Assembly (NCBI GenBank): GCA_963788195.1
Contig: CAWBGA010000013.1
Location: 32,001 to 96,000, forward strand
Source: Nitrospirota bacterium
Lineage (GTDB): Bacteria > Nitrospirota > Nitrospiria > Nitrospirales > NS-4
Reading direction: 5' to 3'
DNA length: 64,000 nucleotides
Position numbers and translations under genes: made by a program. Positions within the stretch are counted from its first letter, which is position 1; every line of letters begins with the position of its first letter. Positions 9,998 through 19,361 of the stretch are shown in pieces. A model generated the notes under the pieces. That model was given only the letters and a program-made list of their open reading frames with translations. It ran no database searches and was not told the DNA's origin.

Positions 9998-10477
9998 ATG
10001 TTGCGAAAACAAGTCCTTCAACACCCGCCATTAGCGACGACTACACCAGGAGAGATTCCAGTAGCTGCGGTTGCGACAGTGCTGGTGACATCCGAAACCG
10101 TGGAGCAGCCTATTGAGCACGTATTTGATACCCACCGGGGACCCGGAGGAAGTCGCTGGGAAGCCGAAGCGGCAGGCGAGCAGACATTGATCTTGGCGTT
10201 TGATGCTCCACAAAGGCTCAATAAGGTGACAGTGGAGGTAGAGGAAAAAGCAGTGAGCCGGACGCAAGTCTTAGTACTGGCCTTCTCCGACGACGGCGGA
10301 CAAACCTACCGTGAATTGGTCCGCCAGGAATATAATTTCAGCCCGCCGGCCACGACGTTTGAGCGCGAGCAATGGACAGTTTCAGCGGAAATGGTAACGC
10401 ATCTGCGGCTCTGGATTAAGCCTGATAAGGGAGGGAAGAGCTGTAAAGCCACACTTACGTCGCTCGTCCTACAGTAA
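9998..10477 (+). CDS. Galactose-binding-like/discoidin-like domain protein
   Basis: EQPIEHVFD, GGSRW, EQTLILAFD, SDDGGQTYRELVRQEYNFSP. Confidence 0.7.
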   Translation: MLRKQVLQHPPLATTTPGEIPVAAVATVLVTSETVEQPIEHVFDTHRGPGGSRWEAEAAGEQTLILAFDAPQRLNKVTVEVEEKAVSRTQVLVLAFSDDGGQTYRELVRQEYNFSPPATTFEREQWTVSAEMVTHLRLWIKPDKGGKSCKATLTSLVLQ

Positions 10478-10482
10478 AAGAG

Positions 10483-10880
10483 TCAGCCGATCAGCGGCTC
10501 ATCGTCGAGTCGCTCCACGATGGTCGCCTCAATCCGGTTGGTAATGGTGGTGCGCCCCGCCTTCCGTGATTTGAAAAAGACTCCATAGACGTACACGCGA
10601 TCCCCGTTTGCGAGCTCGGGCTTGCCCTGCATGATGACGGTGACTGTTTCCGGCGTCTCCAAGCTGTCGCGCAATGTGAAGGTGTAAAAGGGACGGTTGC
10701 GGGGACCGGTCAGGGTCGTCACACTGCCGGCATAGCCCGTTACGGAGAGTCCCTGTTGCTGATAGTGCTCTCCGTGTTCAATGAGCTCTTTGATCGTTAC
10801 GGAAGCGTAGGCGCCGGGACATAGCCGGATAAGAGCCCTGCCGTAAGGAAGAGAAGGGCCTGCCGCCGAATCCAGCCCAC
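10483..10880 (-). CDS. Secreted OB-fold-like protein (start uncertain, probable frameshift)
   Basis: In-frame upstream VTIKELIEHGEHYQQQGLSVTG; GDRVYVYGVF. Confidence 0.55.
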
Positions 10881-10931
10881 CGTCCTTAGACTATCGCTGG
10901 TCCGTGGTGAAAGAAAAACGGCGAGTCGCTC

Positions 10932-12203
10932 TTACCAACGAGCGTTGCCTTCAGGGAGGACGTCAGTGCCCACGTATGGCCTTAAACGCTCTTGGAGATC
11001 CGCGAGTTGTGCCGCGGTCTCCTCCGCAGATACAACGGGGACGTCTTGGGGCTCGTCCTTGCGGGGCATGGTCACGCGCGCCTTGATGTTATAGAGGACG
11101 TCCACCTCTTGCGCCGAAGACGCTTCCTGAATACTTCGAAGCCGTACAAGGCACGACAAACACTGGCTCGCCAATGTCCAGAGTGGCCTTTCGTCTTCTT
11201 CAGATATCAGGTAGGTGGCGAGGCTGCGCAGCCGGATTGGGAGCCCCTTGCCGGGACCGCCATGGTCACATTGCTTTGGCTCTGCAGGAGGTGAAGCGGG
11301 AGGCAGAGACAAGAGAGTCTTTGACCACAGGTCTTCCTTCATCACGACAGCCTGCGTGCCGACGCCGTCGTTCTTACTGCCCCCCGCCAGCCTTCCGCCG
11401 ACGCCGGCATTGACGGCGGCAGCGTATTCGCCTCCCTGCATGGGAGTCTTCAATGTCGTGGCGATGGCCTGGACATATTTTTGAATCGCCTTGACGCGTC
11501 GGTTCATCAGCGGGGACTTCGCGATCCCCCAGATGGTTGCCAAATGCTCGTCTGACAGCGATGAGAGCATCAACGCCTGGCGTTGCTGCAAGGTCTGCGT
11601 AAGCCGCTTCTCCGCGCGCTCTTGGCGTCGGTGATGGGCCTGATATTCCAGGCTCAGACGCTCCTTGAAGTAGGCATCTTCTTCAAGCTCCTGCTTTTCC
11701 GCCCGGGCGGTCAGTTTCCTTAGGGAATAGGAGATAAGAGCCTGTCGCGCTTGCAAACGAAGTTCGTCCAGAGATTCTCGACTGTACTCGCAGTTGCTTA
11801 CCAAGAGGGTCTCAATTGCTTCTGTCTCACTCTTCAGGCCCTTGAGATAATCTGTCAGGAAGGTGATCTGAAGATCGAGGCGTTTTCGATGCTCGCGCAC
11901 CTCGGAGGCATACTGATGGACCTTGAGCTCAATGGCCGTCACCCATTCCTTCGGCAGAACAATCGTGCGATCATTCCCGAGCGCGACCCCTCCGAATCTA
12001 TGTCCCGCCGCCATGTTCGGCTCGCAACGCTCCTTTGCCATGAAGATAATATCTTCGGAGGTCGGATCGAGATACTGCAACATCAGCAGCCGAATCATGA
12101 CCCGCTCCACCGGCTGAAGGGAGGCGATGGCGGCGTCGATATGCTCGCGGCCCAAACCGGACTGTGTTTGCTGCGTTTGATCTGTCGAAGCGACGGTGGG
12201 CAT
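10932..12203 (-). CDS. Hypothetical protein with split sigma-4-like HTH, helical insert and zinc-finger-like motif
   Basis: 423-aa ORF whose start overlaps the upstream stop; see findings. Confidence 0.8.
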   Translation of the reverse strand: MPTVASTDQTQQTQSGLGREHIDAAIASLQPVERVMIRLLMLQYLDPTSEDIIFMAKERCEPNMAAGHRFGGVALGNDRTIVLPKEWVTAIELKVHQYASEVREHRKRLDLQITFLTDYLKGLKSETEAIETLLVSNCEYSRESLDELRLQARQALISYSLRKLTARAEKQELEEDAYFKERLSLEYQAHHRRQERAEKRLTQTLQQRQALMLSSLSDEHLATIWGIAKSPLMNRRVKAIQKYVQAIATTLKTPMQGGEYAAAVNAGVGGRLAGGSKNDGVGTQAVVMKEDLWSKTLLSLPPASPPAEPKQCDHGGPGKGLPIRLRSLATYLISEEDERPLWTLASQCLSCLVRLRSIQEASSAQEVDVLYNIKARVTMPRKDEPQDVPVVSAEETAAQLADLQERLRPYVGTDVLPEGNARW

Positions 12204-12415
12204 CAGGCGCCTCGCTGCTCAAGCTGCTGAGCGATATAGGTCGAAAGGTCGTTGACCGAACCGTGGGCGTAGATGGTATTGGGCACCTCGACGCAGATCA
12301 GCTTTTCCACTGAGACTCCCTGTTCTTGGGCATAGTCCTCGTCCACATAGTATTTGAAAGATCCATCGGGACGCTTCAATACATACAGTGGGGTGGTTTG
12401 TGGGGTAGTTTCCAT
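12203..12415 (-). CDS. 70-aa hypothetical protein
   Basis: TGA/ATG overlap with the downstream gene. Confidence 0.7.
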   Translation of the reverse strand: METTPQTTPLYVLKRPDGSFKYYVDEDYAQEQGVSVEKLICVEVPNTIYAHGSVNDLSTYIAQQLEQRGA

Positions 12416-12477
12416 GCGGTTGCAGGGTTGTTGGATCCGTACATATGGATAACACGCGGTGTTTTACAGTGTCAATG

Positions 12478-12784
12478 AAGGGGGTCTCGGGAATCTGCGG
12501 TGGGTCTTGCCGCGATCGGCTGCTGCCGGCGCTCCGCCAAAACGACCCGTTGCATTAGGCCGAGCAACGGGTTCCCGGCAAGTCGCGCGCGCGTCTCTCG
12601 GGACAAGAGGCTGTCCAGGGGTTAAGGAGTCTGCTTGACAGACTCCAGGGTGGGTGGGTGCGATGGCAGCCTCGGGGCGGGCGGGTGCCAGCCTAGGATC
12701 GCTGTCACCCACAAGGCCCTGGTGTGTGGGACGGGAGGGTCTGAACAGGGGGGTCTCGGGAACCTGCTTCGTGGGTCCTGCCGC
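12478..12784 (-). repeat. Dispersed modular repeat, copy 3, flanked by a ~36-bp imperfect direct repeat
   Basis: Minus strand GCCATCGCACCCACCCACCCTGGAGTCTGTCAAGCAGACTCCTT; GGGGTCTCGGGAA...GTGGGTC(T/C)TGCCGC at 12478-12513 and 12747-12784. Confidence 0.7.
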
Positions 12785-12827
12785 CAAGCACCTCCACCGG
12801 CTTCACGAAGCACCCGTTTCCAGAAGG

Positions 12828-13568
12828 CTATTGGCAGCTGCTGCCGAGTTCGGTCTTGCTTCGATCCGACGGCTTCACGCCCACGCTAAGGAGTTGATCG
12901 ACCACGTCCCGCCGAAATGAATCGAGATCCGAAGGGCTGCTCGATGCGTTGCGAGAAACCTCAACCATGGTCACGTCTCCTGGTAGGTGCCATTCCTCCA
13001 CCTTGAGCGCACCGGCTTTAAGTCGTGTCATTTTGTTCGTGCATCCCTTGGGTTTCGCCGCAAGGACTTTCGGAGGTTTGACCGGGCCTTTGTCGCTCTC
13101 GAGAGTGCAACTATGTGAATAGACGCGCCTTGTTTCACTTGGCCCCAGGATTGAGATGTCCACCTCGTTTTTGATTTCGGTCGGCGTATGCGAAATCGGA
13201 CACTGCCAAGCTGCAAGTGCATGATCGCCGCGATACTTGAACATGAGTTGATACTTTTTCTTTCCTTTTTTACGTTGCCGCAGGATGGACGTAAAGTCAT
13301 CGGGTGCGTCCTTCGGAGATCTAAAGCCAAAGTACTGAACTTCGTAGCTGTCAAGATCAGTCGGTTGTAGTCCCAGAACGTCCAGAGTATCCTCGGCAGT
13401 TTTCGGGCCGCCATCCTTGACGTTCCAGCGCATGGCGTACTCGGCTGGCTCTGCCGGCGCAGCTGTCGCTTGCTCGGCGACACTGCACAACAGCGAAAGG
13501 ATGAAGGTCAGCACGGATAAGATACGCATTGCGGATCCTGCATCGTGGCGAAGCGGACGAGATCTCAT
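12828..13568 (-). CDS. Secreted hypothetical protein, possibly CYTH-like (start probably MRILS)
   Basis: Signal peptide; EYAMRW, ILRQRK, LMFKYRG, EVD, VEVS pattern. Confidence 0.65.
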   Translation of the reverse strand: MRSRPLRHDAGSAMRILSVLTFILSLLCSVAEQATAAPAEPAEYAMRWNVKDGGPKTAEDTLDVLGLQPTDLDSYEVQYFGFRSPKDAPDDFTSILRQRKKGKKKYQLMFKYRGDHALAAWQCPISHTPTEIKNEVDISILGPSETRRVYSHSCTLESDKGPVKPPKVLAAKPKGCTNKMTRLKAGALKVEEWHLPGDVTMVEVSRNASSSPSDLDSFRRDVVDQLLSVGVKPSDRSKTELGSSCQ

Positions 13569-13876
13569 AGACCGTTAACCGTGGTGGTAGTCAGGCCAAC
13601 TACGAGAGTTCTGATCCACCCAGTTCGGCAACGATGTTGGTTCTCAGGTCGAAATATTTTGGAGAAATAGCAGAGGACTTCCGATATCACCTCACTTTTT
13701 AAGACGTTGTTATAACAGAGGCCAAAAGTAGAGTCTAGGAAACGTATAGCGGACTAATTAGCGACTAATTAGGTTCAGACTCGATTTTTGGATGCGACGT
13801 ATCCCCCAGTCCCCCAACGCTCAGAAAATTCGAGTCTGACCCTAATTGTTAATTGTTCATTGTTCCTCTGCGTCTC

Positions 13877-15256
13877 TTACGCCCCGGCGTGCCAACGCGT
13901 GTCATGCTCCCGCTGCGTTTGGCTGAGTACCTCGGGCTTATAGAAACGGTCGTAGAACGCCAGGTCCAGATGATGGGCCTGATGGGCGAGGATCGTGCGG
14001 AACGGCCCGTTGCTCGCAGGAAAGCGTCCATACCGCCGGTACACATAGTCGCAATAGGCGATGGTCGCCGCAATCGCACGGTCGGAATACGGTGGAATGC
14101 CGGCTTGGACCGTCGCGCCATCCTTCCAGCCGGATAGGGTTCCGCCGTCACGGAAGGCTCCCGTGCCGGTCGCATATTTGGCCTCCACGAAGGCCAACAC
14201 CGCCTCCTTCATCGTGGGATAGTACGGCGGACAATAGGGCTTGATCAGCACTTCCCCGTTGTGCTCCAGCCCGACCGCCGTCGGAATCGGTTGATCCTTC
14301 CCGAGCAGTCGTAAGAGGGCTGTTGTAACGGGTCCTGCGCCGATCGTGCGCGAGAGCGGCAGCGTATCCATCCGAAAGCCTAAGGCCTGAAACCACGCAA
14401 AGGGGTGCGCCGCGAAGTGGGGAAAGCCGCCGAGTCCAAGCGCCTGGGTCATGAGCGCGAGGTTCTGGAGAATTCCGCCTTGCTCGATCGCGGCGAATTC
14501 GCAGAGCCAGGTCTCGAAGAAGCCGATCGTCGCGACGAGGCCGCTCGCCGGATCGTCGGAGAGATGCCCGCCGCGCGAGCGGCCGAAGGCGCCGATCCCC
14601 GCAGGCCGGAAGCGGTCGCGTTCGTCCACAAGAAAGTAGCCGTAGTCTTCGCCGAAGGCCGAGAGCAGGACATTGATGTAATCGGCGCTGAACTCGTTGA
14701 CCGGGAGAAAGTAAGTGGTGCCTGGCAGATTGGCCGACCATTTGTTGAAGGGCGGAACAATCGGCTGCTGCCGAGGGACATCCACGCGGCGGTCGGCAAT
14801 GTGCACGCGGCTACGCTGGTAGAGGTCGAGAAGGTTCCCATCGCGCGCAGCTTGGAGCAACGAGGGGAGTTCCCGCGGCGCAAAATCTTGCGGCCGTTTA
14901 AGCATCCACGCGCCCTCGTCGTTTATGACGAAGACGATGACGTAGTGCAACGCATGGCCGCTGGCGACTGTGCGACCGATAAAGCGGATCATGATGTTGC
15001 CGCCGCCGGCCTCCGGGATTTGCCCCGTGTCGTAGGGCAACTCGGCCAGTGCGTAGCCCGTGATGCCGCAAGCTGAAAAGGCGAGCGCGGCTTCCTCCTC
15101 CTGCGACAGGGGATGAGGCCGGTGCGCACTTTGGTAGGCCAGCGGCCCGCCGTTCAACGTCATCCCCTTGCCGAACCGGCGTGAGCGCCGTTCCAAGAGC
15201 GCAGACAGGAGCGAATAGGTGCCGAGTCGATCATTCAGGTCGTTCTGCTGATCCAT
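13877..15256 (-). CDS. Nitroreductase-like protein
   Basis: LLERRSRRF; GRTVASG; GGILQNLALMTQALGLGG. Confidence 0.75.
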   Translation of the reverse strand: MDQQNDLNDRLGTYSLLSALLERRSRRFGKGMTLNGGPLAYQSAHRPHPLSQEEEAALAFSACGITGYALAELPYDTGQIPEAGGGNIMIRFIGRTVASGHALHYVIVFVINDEGAWMLKRPQDFAPRELPSLLQAARDGNLLDLYQRSRVHIADRRVDVPRQQPIVPPFNKWSANLPGTTYFLPVNEFSADYINVLLSAFGEDYGYFLVDERDRFRPAGIGAFGRSRGGHLSDDPASGLVATIGFFETWLCEFAAIEQGGILQNLALMTQALGLGGFPHFAAHPFAWFQALGFRMDTLPLSRTIGAGPVTTALLRLLGKDQPIPTAVGLEHNGEVLIKPYCPPYYPTMKEAVLAFVEAKYATGTGAFRDGGTLSGWKDGATVQAGIPPYSDRAIAATIAYCDYVYRRYGRFPASNGPFRTILAHQAHHLDLAFYDRFYKPEVLSQTQREHDTRWHAGA

Positions 15257-15338
15257 GGTGGTCTCCCGTGAAACAGATGTCGTGGCGCGGGCAACCTACT
15301 CCACAGTCCTAGGCTTGTCCACCATCTGGTGCGTATTG

Positions 15339-15956
15339 TTACGGCGCGAAGCGTTTACGGCGCCAGAGGATGTAGGCGGTGAAGACGGCGAGCGAGACCA
15401 TGAAGATGATTCGGATGCGGTGGGGCGGGGGCAAGACGGCAAGATTTACCGCGGCGTTGATGACGCCGAAGCCCGCGTAGAGAAGATAGACGAACAGACC
15501 CCAGCGTTTGACGAGCAGGAATCCGACACCGATCAGGATGTGCAGGGTGGGGGATTGAGCCTTGGAGATGACGCCCCAGGCTCCGGGCAGCGCCGTGCCG
15601 AGAATTTTCAGCCCATAGTCCGGCCTTGCCTGGATAATGTAGAGATCGGTGAACGCGGTCAGCAGGAAGAGGAAGCCAATGGCCTGCAGGTCGAGACTCC
15701 CACGCGAGGGAAGCGGCAGGACGGGAAAGAGTGAGCCGGGGTTTGCCGATGTATAGGCATCATGGACTTGCCGCCCCCACCAGAAGATCGCTGCGACCGG
15801 GACGAGGCCGTACAAAAGAAACGGCGTGAAGGGACCGTCGAACGCATAGCCGAAGTACCAGGCCGCCGCGATCATCAAGCCGAGCGTCAGAATCTCCGCG
15901 GTCTTGATCCAGTGTCCCTTGACGGCCTGACCGAGACCTGGAACCAAGGCGGACAA
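15339..15956 (-). CDS. Multi-pass membrane protein
   Basis: SALVPGLGQ motif and about 6 hydrophobic segments. Confidence 0.7.
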   Translation of the reverse strand: MSALVPGLGQAVKGHWIKTAEILTLGLMIAAAWYFGYAFDGPFTPFLLYGLVPVAAIFWWGRQVHDAYTSANPGSLFPVLPLPSRGSLDLQAIGFLFLLTAFTDLYIIQARPDYGLKILGTALPGAWGVISKAQSPTLHILIGVGFLLVKRWGLFVYLLYAGFGVINAAVNLAVLPPPHRIRIIFMVSLAVFTAYILWRRKRFAP

Positions 15957-16013
15957 GATCGCCGCGGCCAGATATGGCTGACCTGGCGAAGGGCTGCTGG
16001 AGCGGATGGACGG

Positions 16014-16727
16014 TTATCCCCCGAGGGTGTCGAGGGCCTCTTTCAGGCTGCGGTGAATGCAGGTGAAGATGGGTGTGTCCCGCAACGTGTAGCGGCTGCC
16101 TTCGGTTTCCCGCAGTGCCATGACGAGATCCAGGAAATCCTCCGGCTTGTCGGTTTCGAATGCCACCACCCATTCCTGGTCGTCGAGGCCAAACGAATAG
16201 GTCGTGTTCAGCTTCACGGACGGGAACCGGTGCCCGACTTCGATGTGCTCATCCATCATGCCCTGACGGGCCGCCTTGGTAAGCAGGAACCAATCGCGAG
16301 TTTTCAAGAAGGGATAGACAAAGATGTACTTCCCTTTCCCCGGCACGATGGTGAGGCGCTTGCTCTCCTGGCCTTCATGAGTGTGATGGTCGACATAGAT
16401 GGAGCGCTTTGTCATGGACAGATAGGAGTAGGGCACGTGCAAGTACTTGCCGAGGCCGCTGGCCATCAGTTTCGAGCTCATCTCCTGAAACAACTCCAGC
16501 TCGTAGCTGATTCGCCACAGCATGAGATCGCAGTCGCCGCGGATTCCAACGGTGGAGTAGGGAATGAGCATCACCTTCCCGGTATAATCCTCCACGGCGC
16601 GCATGAATTCTTGTTTTCCCTGGGTCCGGTCTGACTCCGGCAAACGACGCCAGGCGGGGTCGACCTTTAAGAAGAGAAAGTTCACGAATTGGCGGCGTTG
16701 CGGCTGCTGCTGCTCCGGCCCTGCCAT
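16014..16727 (-). CDS. Chlorite dismutase-family heme protein, probably coproheme decarboxylase (ChdC/HemQ)
   Basis: YIFVYPFLKTRDWFLL, MMDEHIEVG, SFGLDDQEWVVAFE; Leu appears at the position of the Cld distal Arg. Confidence 0.85.
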   Translation of the reverse strand: MAGPEQQQPQRRQFVNFLFLKVDPAWRRLPESDRTQGKQEFMRAVEDYTGKVMLIPYSTVGIRGDCDLMLWRISYELELFQEMSSKLMASGLGKYLHVPYSYLSMTKRSIYVDHHTHEGQESKRLTIVPGKGKYIFVYPFLKTRDWFLLTKAARQGMMDEHIEVGHRFPSVKLNTTYSFGLDDQEWVVAFETDKPEDFLDLVMALRETEGSRYTLRDTPIFTCIHRSLKEALDTLGG

Positions 16728-16895
16728 ACCCTAACCTCCCGATCGTTCGAACGAAATAAAGCCCGATAACAAGCCCGTATCTCTAGCATCCGCGCGCGAG
16801 GATTGTCAATCCAGTCCAAGAGGTGGGTAACGCGACAGAATTGCGCCTCGACTACAAACAATCAAAACACAGCTGAGGACGGCGGGGCGACATGG

Positions 16896-16939
16896 CCCCT
16901 ACTCAAGCCTAGGTGAACATACTAAGAGGTGATTTACCA
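16896..16939. promoter_or_regulatory. Candidate regulatory motif, copy A
   Basis: CCCCTACTCAAGCCTAGGTGAACATACTAAGAGGTGATTTACCA, similar to 41603-41647. Confidence 0.5.
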
Positions 16940-17011
16940 TAGAACAGGGCTGCTCTATGGTTGCCGCGCTGCAAGTGGCAAAGGAAGACTTACATGGATT
17001 TTAGCGGACTG

Positions 17012-17269
17012 TTATTGCGTGATCGCCGCGCAGCTGTTCGACTCGGGGTGGTTATTGCACGGTGTCTTTGTTGGCGCCGGCAGGGAGGGTCCTGGCTGAG
17101 CCCGGTCAGGCTGCGGCACCGACTGTTGACGTTGACGCTCAGGCGCGTCGCCTAAACAGACTGGCAGCCCATGACGTACCACCGGTTGCGGTGCACACCT
17201 TTGGCCAGGCATCTGCAAATACAAGAAGAGGGGTAACGTGAAGATACTGATTGGCGTTTTCATGGACAT
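17012..17269 (-). CDS. Small Pro/Cys-containing, possibly secreted protein
   Basis: Hydrophobic N-terminus, 4 Cys, GGAG RBS. Confidence 0.4.
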   Translation of the reverse strand: MSMKTPISIFTLPLFLYLQMPGQRCAPQPVVRHGLPVCLGDAPERQRQQSVPQPDRAQPGPSLPAPTKTPCNNHPESNSCAAITQ

Positions 17270-17411
17270 GCTCCGAAACGTGGAGCTGAGCTGCTGGAGC
17301 GTGTCAGATCCCTATTCCGGAATAGCCGGATTGTCCGAGACCACGGCGGGTCATGAGCGCAAATGCAGTGTCGGAAAATCGTCGGTTCGTGAGGAGACCA
17401 CCTAAGGTGGT

Positions 17412-18089
17412 CTACGACCCGTATGAGATCGGTGCTTCTGACCTTCGGATGCTGAGGTCAGGTGCGGAAACCCGTTCGCTAATTGGTTGGGACATGACCA
17501 TTTCTCGTGGACCCGCAATGACCATGACAATTCCGGTGCGTGTGGTGGTTTTCGTTTTTCTCATAATATGCTTGATGTGTTCTTTCGCGGTCTGCTCCGA
17601 GATGCCCATGGCCTGAGCGATCTCCTTGTTGGTTACACCCTTCAAGAGCAGCTCCACCACAGTCGTTTCTCTCGGAGTGAGCTGGAACGCGTCCATTCTC
17701 CTGACGGATGTCCGAGGAATGATCATCTCCATGGTCAGGAGAATCCTTCGTTCCGATACGTGACCCTTCGCGGGCAAACCTATTCCATCCACGAAGATGC
17801 TTCCCTCCCGGCCTTCGATCACTCGTCTCACATTAAACGGTTCCCCATCCTTGTGACGACTGCGGTATTCCAACGTTTCAGCAATCTCGTTCACAATTTT
17901 TACAATTGGCAGGGGCAATCTGCCTTTTCGATCTTCTGTCATGACTGGCATCTGCGAGCAAAACCAGGCTGCACGATTATCGATCAAGAGAATCTGCCCA
18001 CGCGACGTCACCAGGAGGACGCCATGTCCGCCCCTCTGTGCTGCGAGGCACTGGGTCTCTTCAGAGTACTGATCACATCTCTCCACCAC
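17412..18089 (-). CDS. LuxR/NarL-family HTH regulator with PAS-like N-terminus
   Basis: LTPRETTVVELLLKGVTNKEIAQAMGISEQTAKEHIKHIMRK. Confidence 0.88.
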   Translation of the reverse strand: MVERCDQYSEETQCLAAQRGGHGVLLVTSRGQILLIDNRAAWFCSQMPVMTEDRKGRLPLPIVKIVNEIAETLEYRSRHKDGEPFNVRRVIEGREGSIFVDGIGLPAKGHVSERRILLTMEMIIPRTSVRRMDAFQLTPRETTVVELLLKGVTNKEIAQAMGISEQTAKEHIKHIMRKTKTTTRTGIVMVIAGPREMVMSQPISERVSAPDLSIRRSEAPISYGS

Positions 18090-18145
18090 TGTCGTCTCCT
18101 CTCTTAGACAGGGTTGTAAGCAGACACCATAGAGAGTCCTTTGTG

Positions 18146-18316
18146 CTAGGCCGCTTCATTCACTTTGCGACGGGCAATAATCACGTAGGTCTTGTCCTTG
18201 ATATACGCGAGCAAATCGGCTGGCATCCAGCGGTCTATATGACCGCTGCCTTGGCAGAAACGGCAAGACTCCCGGGGTGGCATGCAGAAACATTTCCAGC
18301 GTGCGAGGACTTCCAT
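18146..18316 (-). CDS. 56-aa zinc-finger microprotein MEVLARWKCFCMPPRESCRFCQGSGHIDRW... (not in ORF track)
   Basis: AAGGAGG RBS; CxC and CxxCxGxG motifs. Confidence 0.7.
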   Translation of the reverse strand: MEVLARWKCFCMPPRESCRFCQGSGHIDRWMPADLLAYIKDKTYVIIARRKVNEAA

Positions 18317-18677
18317 GTTCAACCCTCCTTGGTGGATCCAAGGGCTGATTTCAGTCCCGGTGGGTACTCGAAATATGAACCCTATTGGCGAAGTGCCTTT
18401 AGATACGACGAACCTAAAACCTGGCTCTGTTCCTCGGGCAGAGTGTGGGTGGGAACACTAGGGGTATACATACATTATCTTTAGTATACTAAGTATATAC
18501 TAAAAGCAATCAATAGTATGCAATTAAAAGCATGCGGCGTAACCGGGCATCAACTAGGCCGAATGAGTCTATGAACCAGTTGGGTTCGGTGCGGCTGGCG
18601 TAGTCAAGGAGCTTCCCGACAACCACATTTCGCTCAGTGTTGACACGTTTTAGGACATATGTTATGACCCCACGCGA

Positions 18678-19361
18678 ATGAACCTCCCAGCGAGCTTCAT
18701 CGAGCTCGACGGCGTCTCAATCGATCGCCGAATTTTTACGACCCATTTTGTTTGTGATGTCGTGCTGCAAAACTGCAACTCGGCGTGTTGTCATCGCGGG
18801 TGTGTCATCACTCCCGCCGAGGTCGACCGGCTCAAGCCTCACAGCGACGGCATTGTGCGGTATCTTCCCGAGTCCAAGCAGGAATTTCTTCGCCTGGAAA
18901 AGGGAGAGTTTGTCGGCGACCCCACGCGTCAGCCGACGGATATCCAGCTGGATGAAGAATGGTCAATGATTCGATTCTTTCGTTCTCCCGAGGAGATGCG
19001 GTGCACCTGGGTGGTCGACGGCGGGTGCGTTTTTTTGTACCCATCCGTCACGGCGACCCCGCAAGACATGCCAACGCCTGTCCAGCATTGCGCCGTGCAT
19101 TCCTATGCCTTGGATCAAGGCCTCGACTGGACGTCATTTAAACAGGCGGACTGTGTTCAGTATCCCCTATGTGTCTATCATTCGGACCGGCGCACGTTTT
19201 TGGCTTTGCAGGAAGAGCCGGGCTCTGCGCGCGTGCCCTGCCTCAATAATTCGATCGGGCCGAGAATGTACCAAAGCCTCGGGAGCACGATCACATATCT
19301 ACTTGGCTCGGCTTTTAATGAGCAGGTCCAGGCGTACGGCCGCGCTCACTTTCCGGAGTGA
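18678..19361 (+). CDS. DUF3109-like Cys-rich protein
   Basis: FVCD...CNSACCHRG, GCVFL, CAVH, KQADCVQYPL; TTGACA at 18640. Confidence 0.75.
   Translation: MNLPASFIELDGVSIDRRIFTTHFVCDVVLQNCNSACCHRGCVITPAEVDRLKPHSDGIVRYLPESKQEFLRLEKGEFVGDPTRQPTDIQLDEEWSMIRFFRSPEEMRCTWVVDGGCVFLYPSVTATPQDMPTPVQHCAVHSYALDQGLDWTSFKQADCVQYPLCVYHSDRRTFLALQEEPGSARVPCLNNSIGPRMYQSLGSTITYLLGSAFNEQVQAYGRAHFPE

Noticed and set aside
16014..16727. True chlorite dismutase
   Set aside because: The catalytic distal Arg appears replaced (VKLNTTYS) and there is no signal peptide
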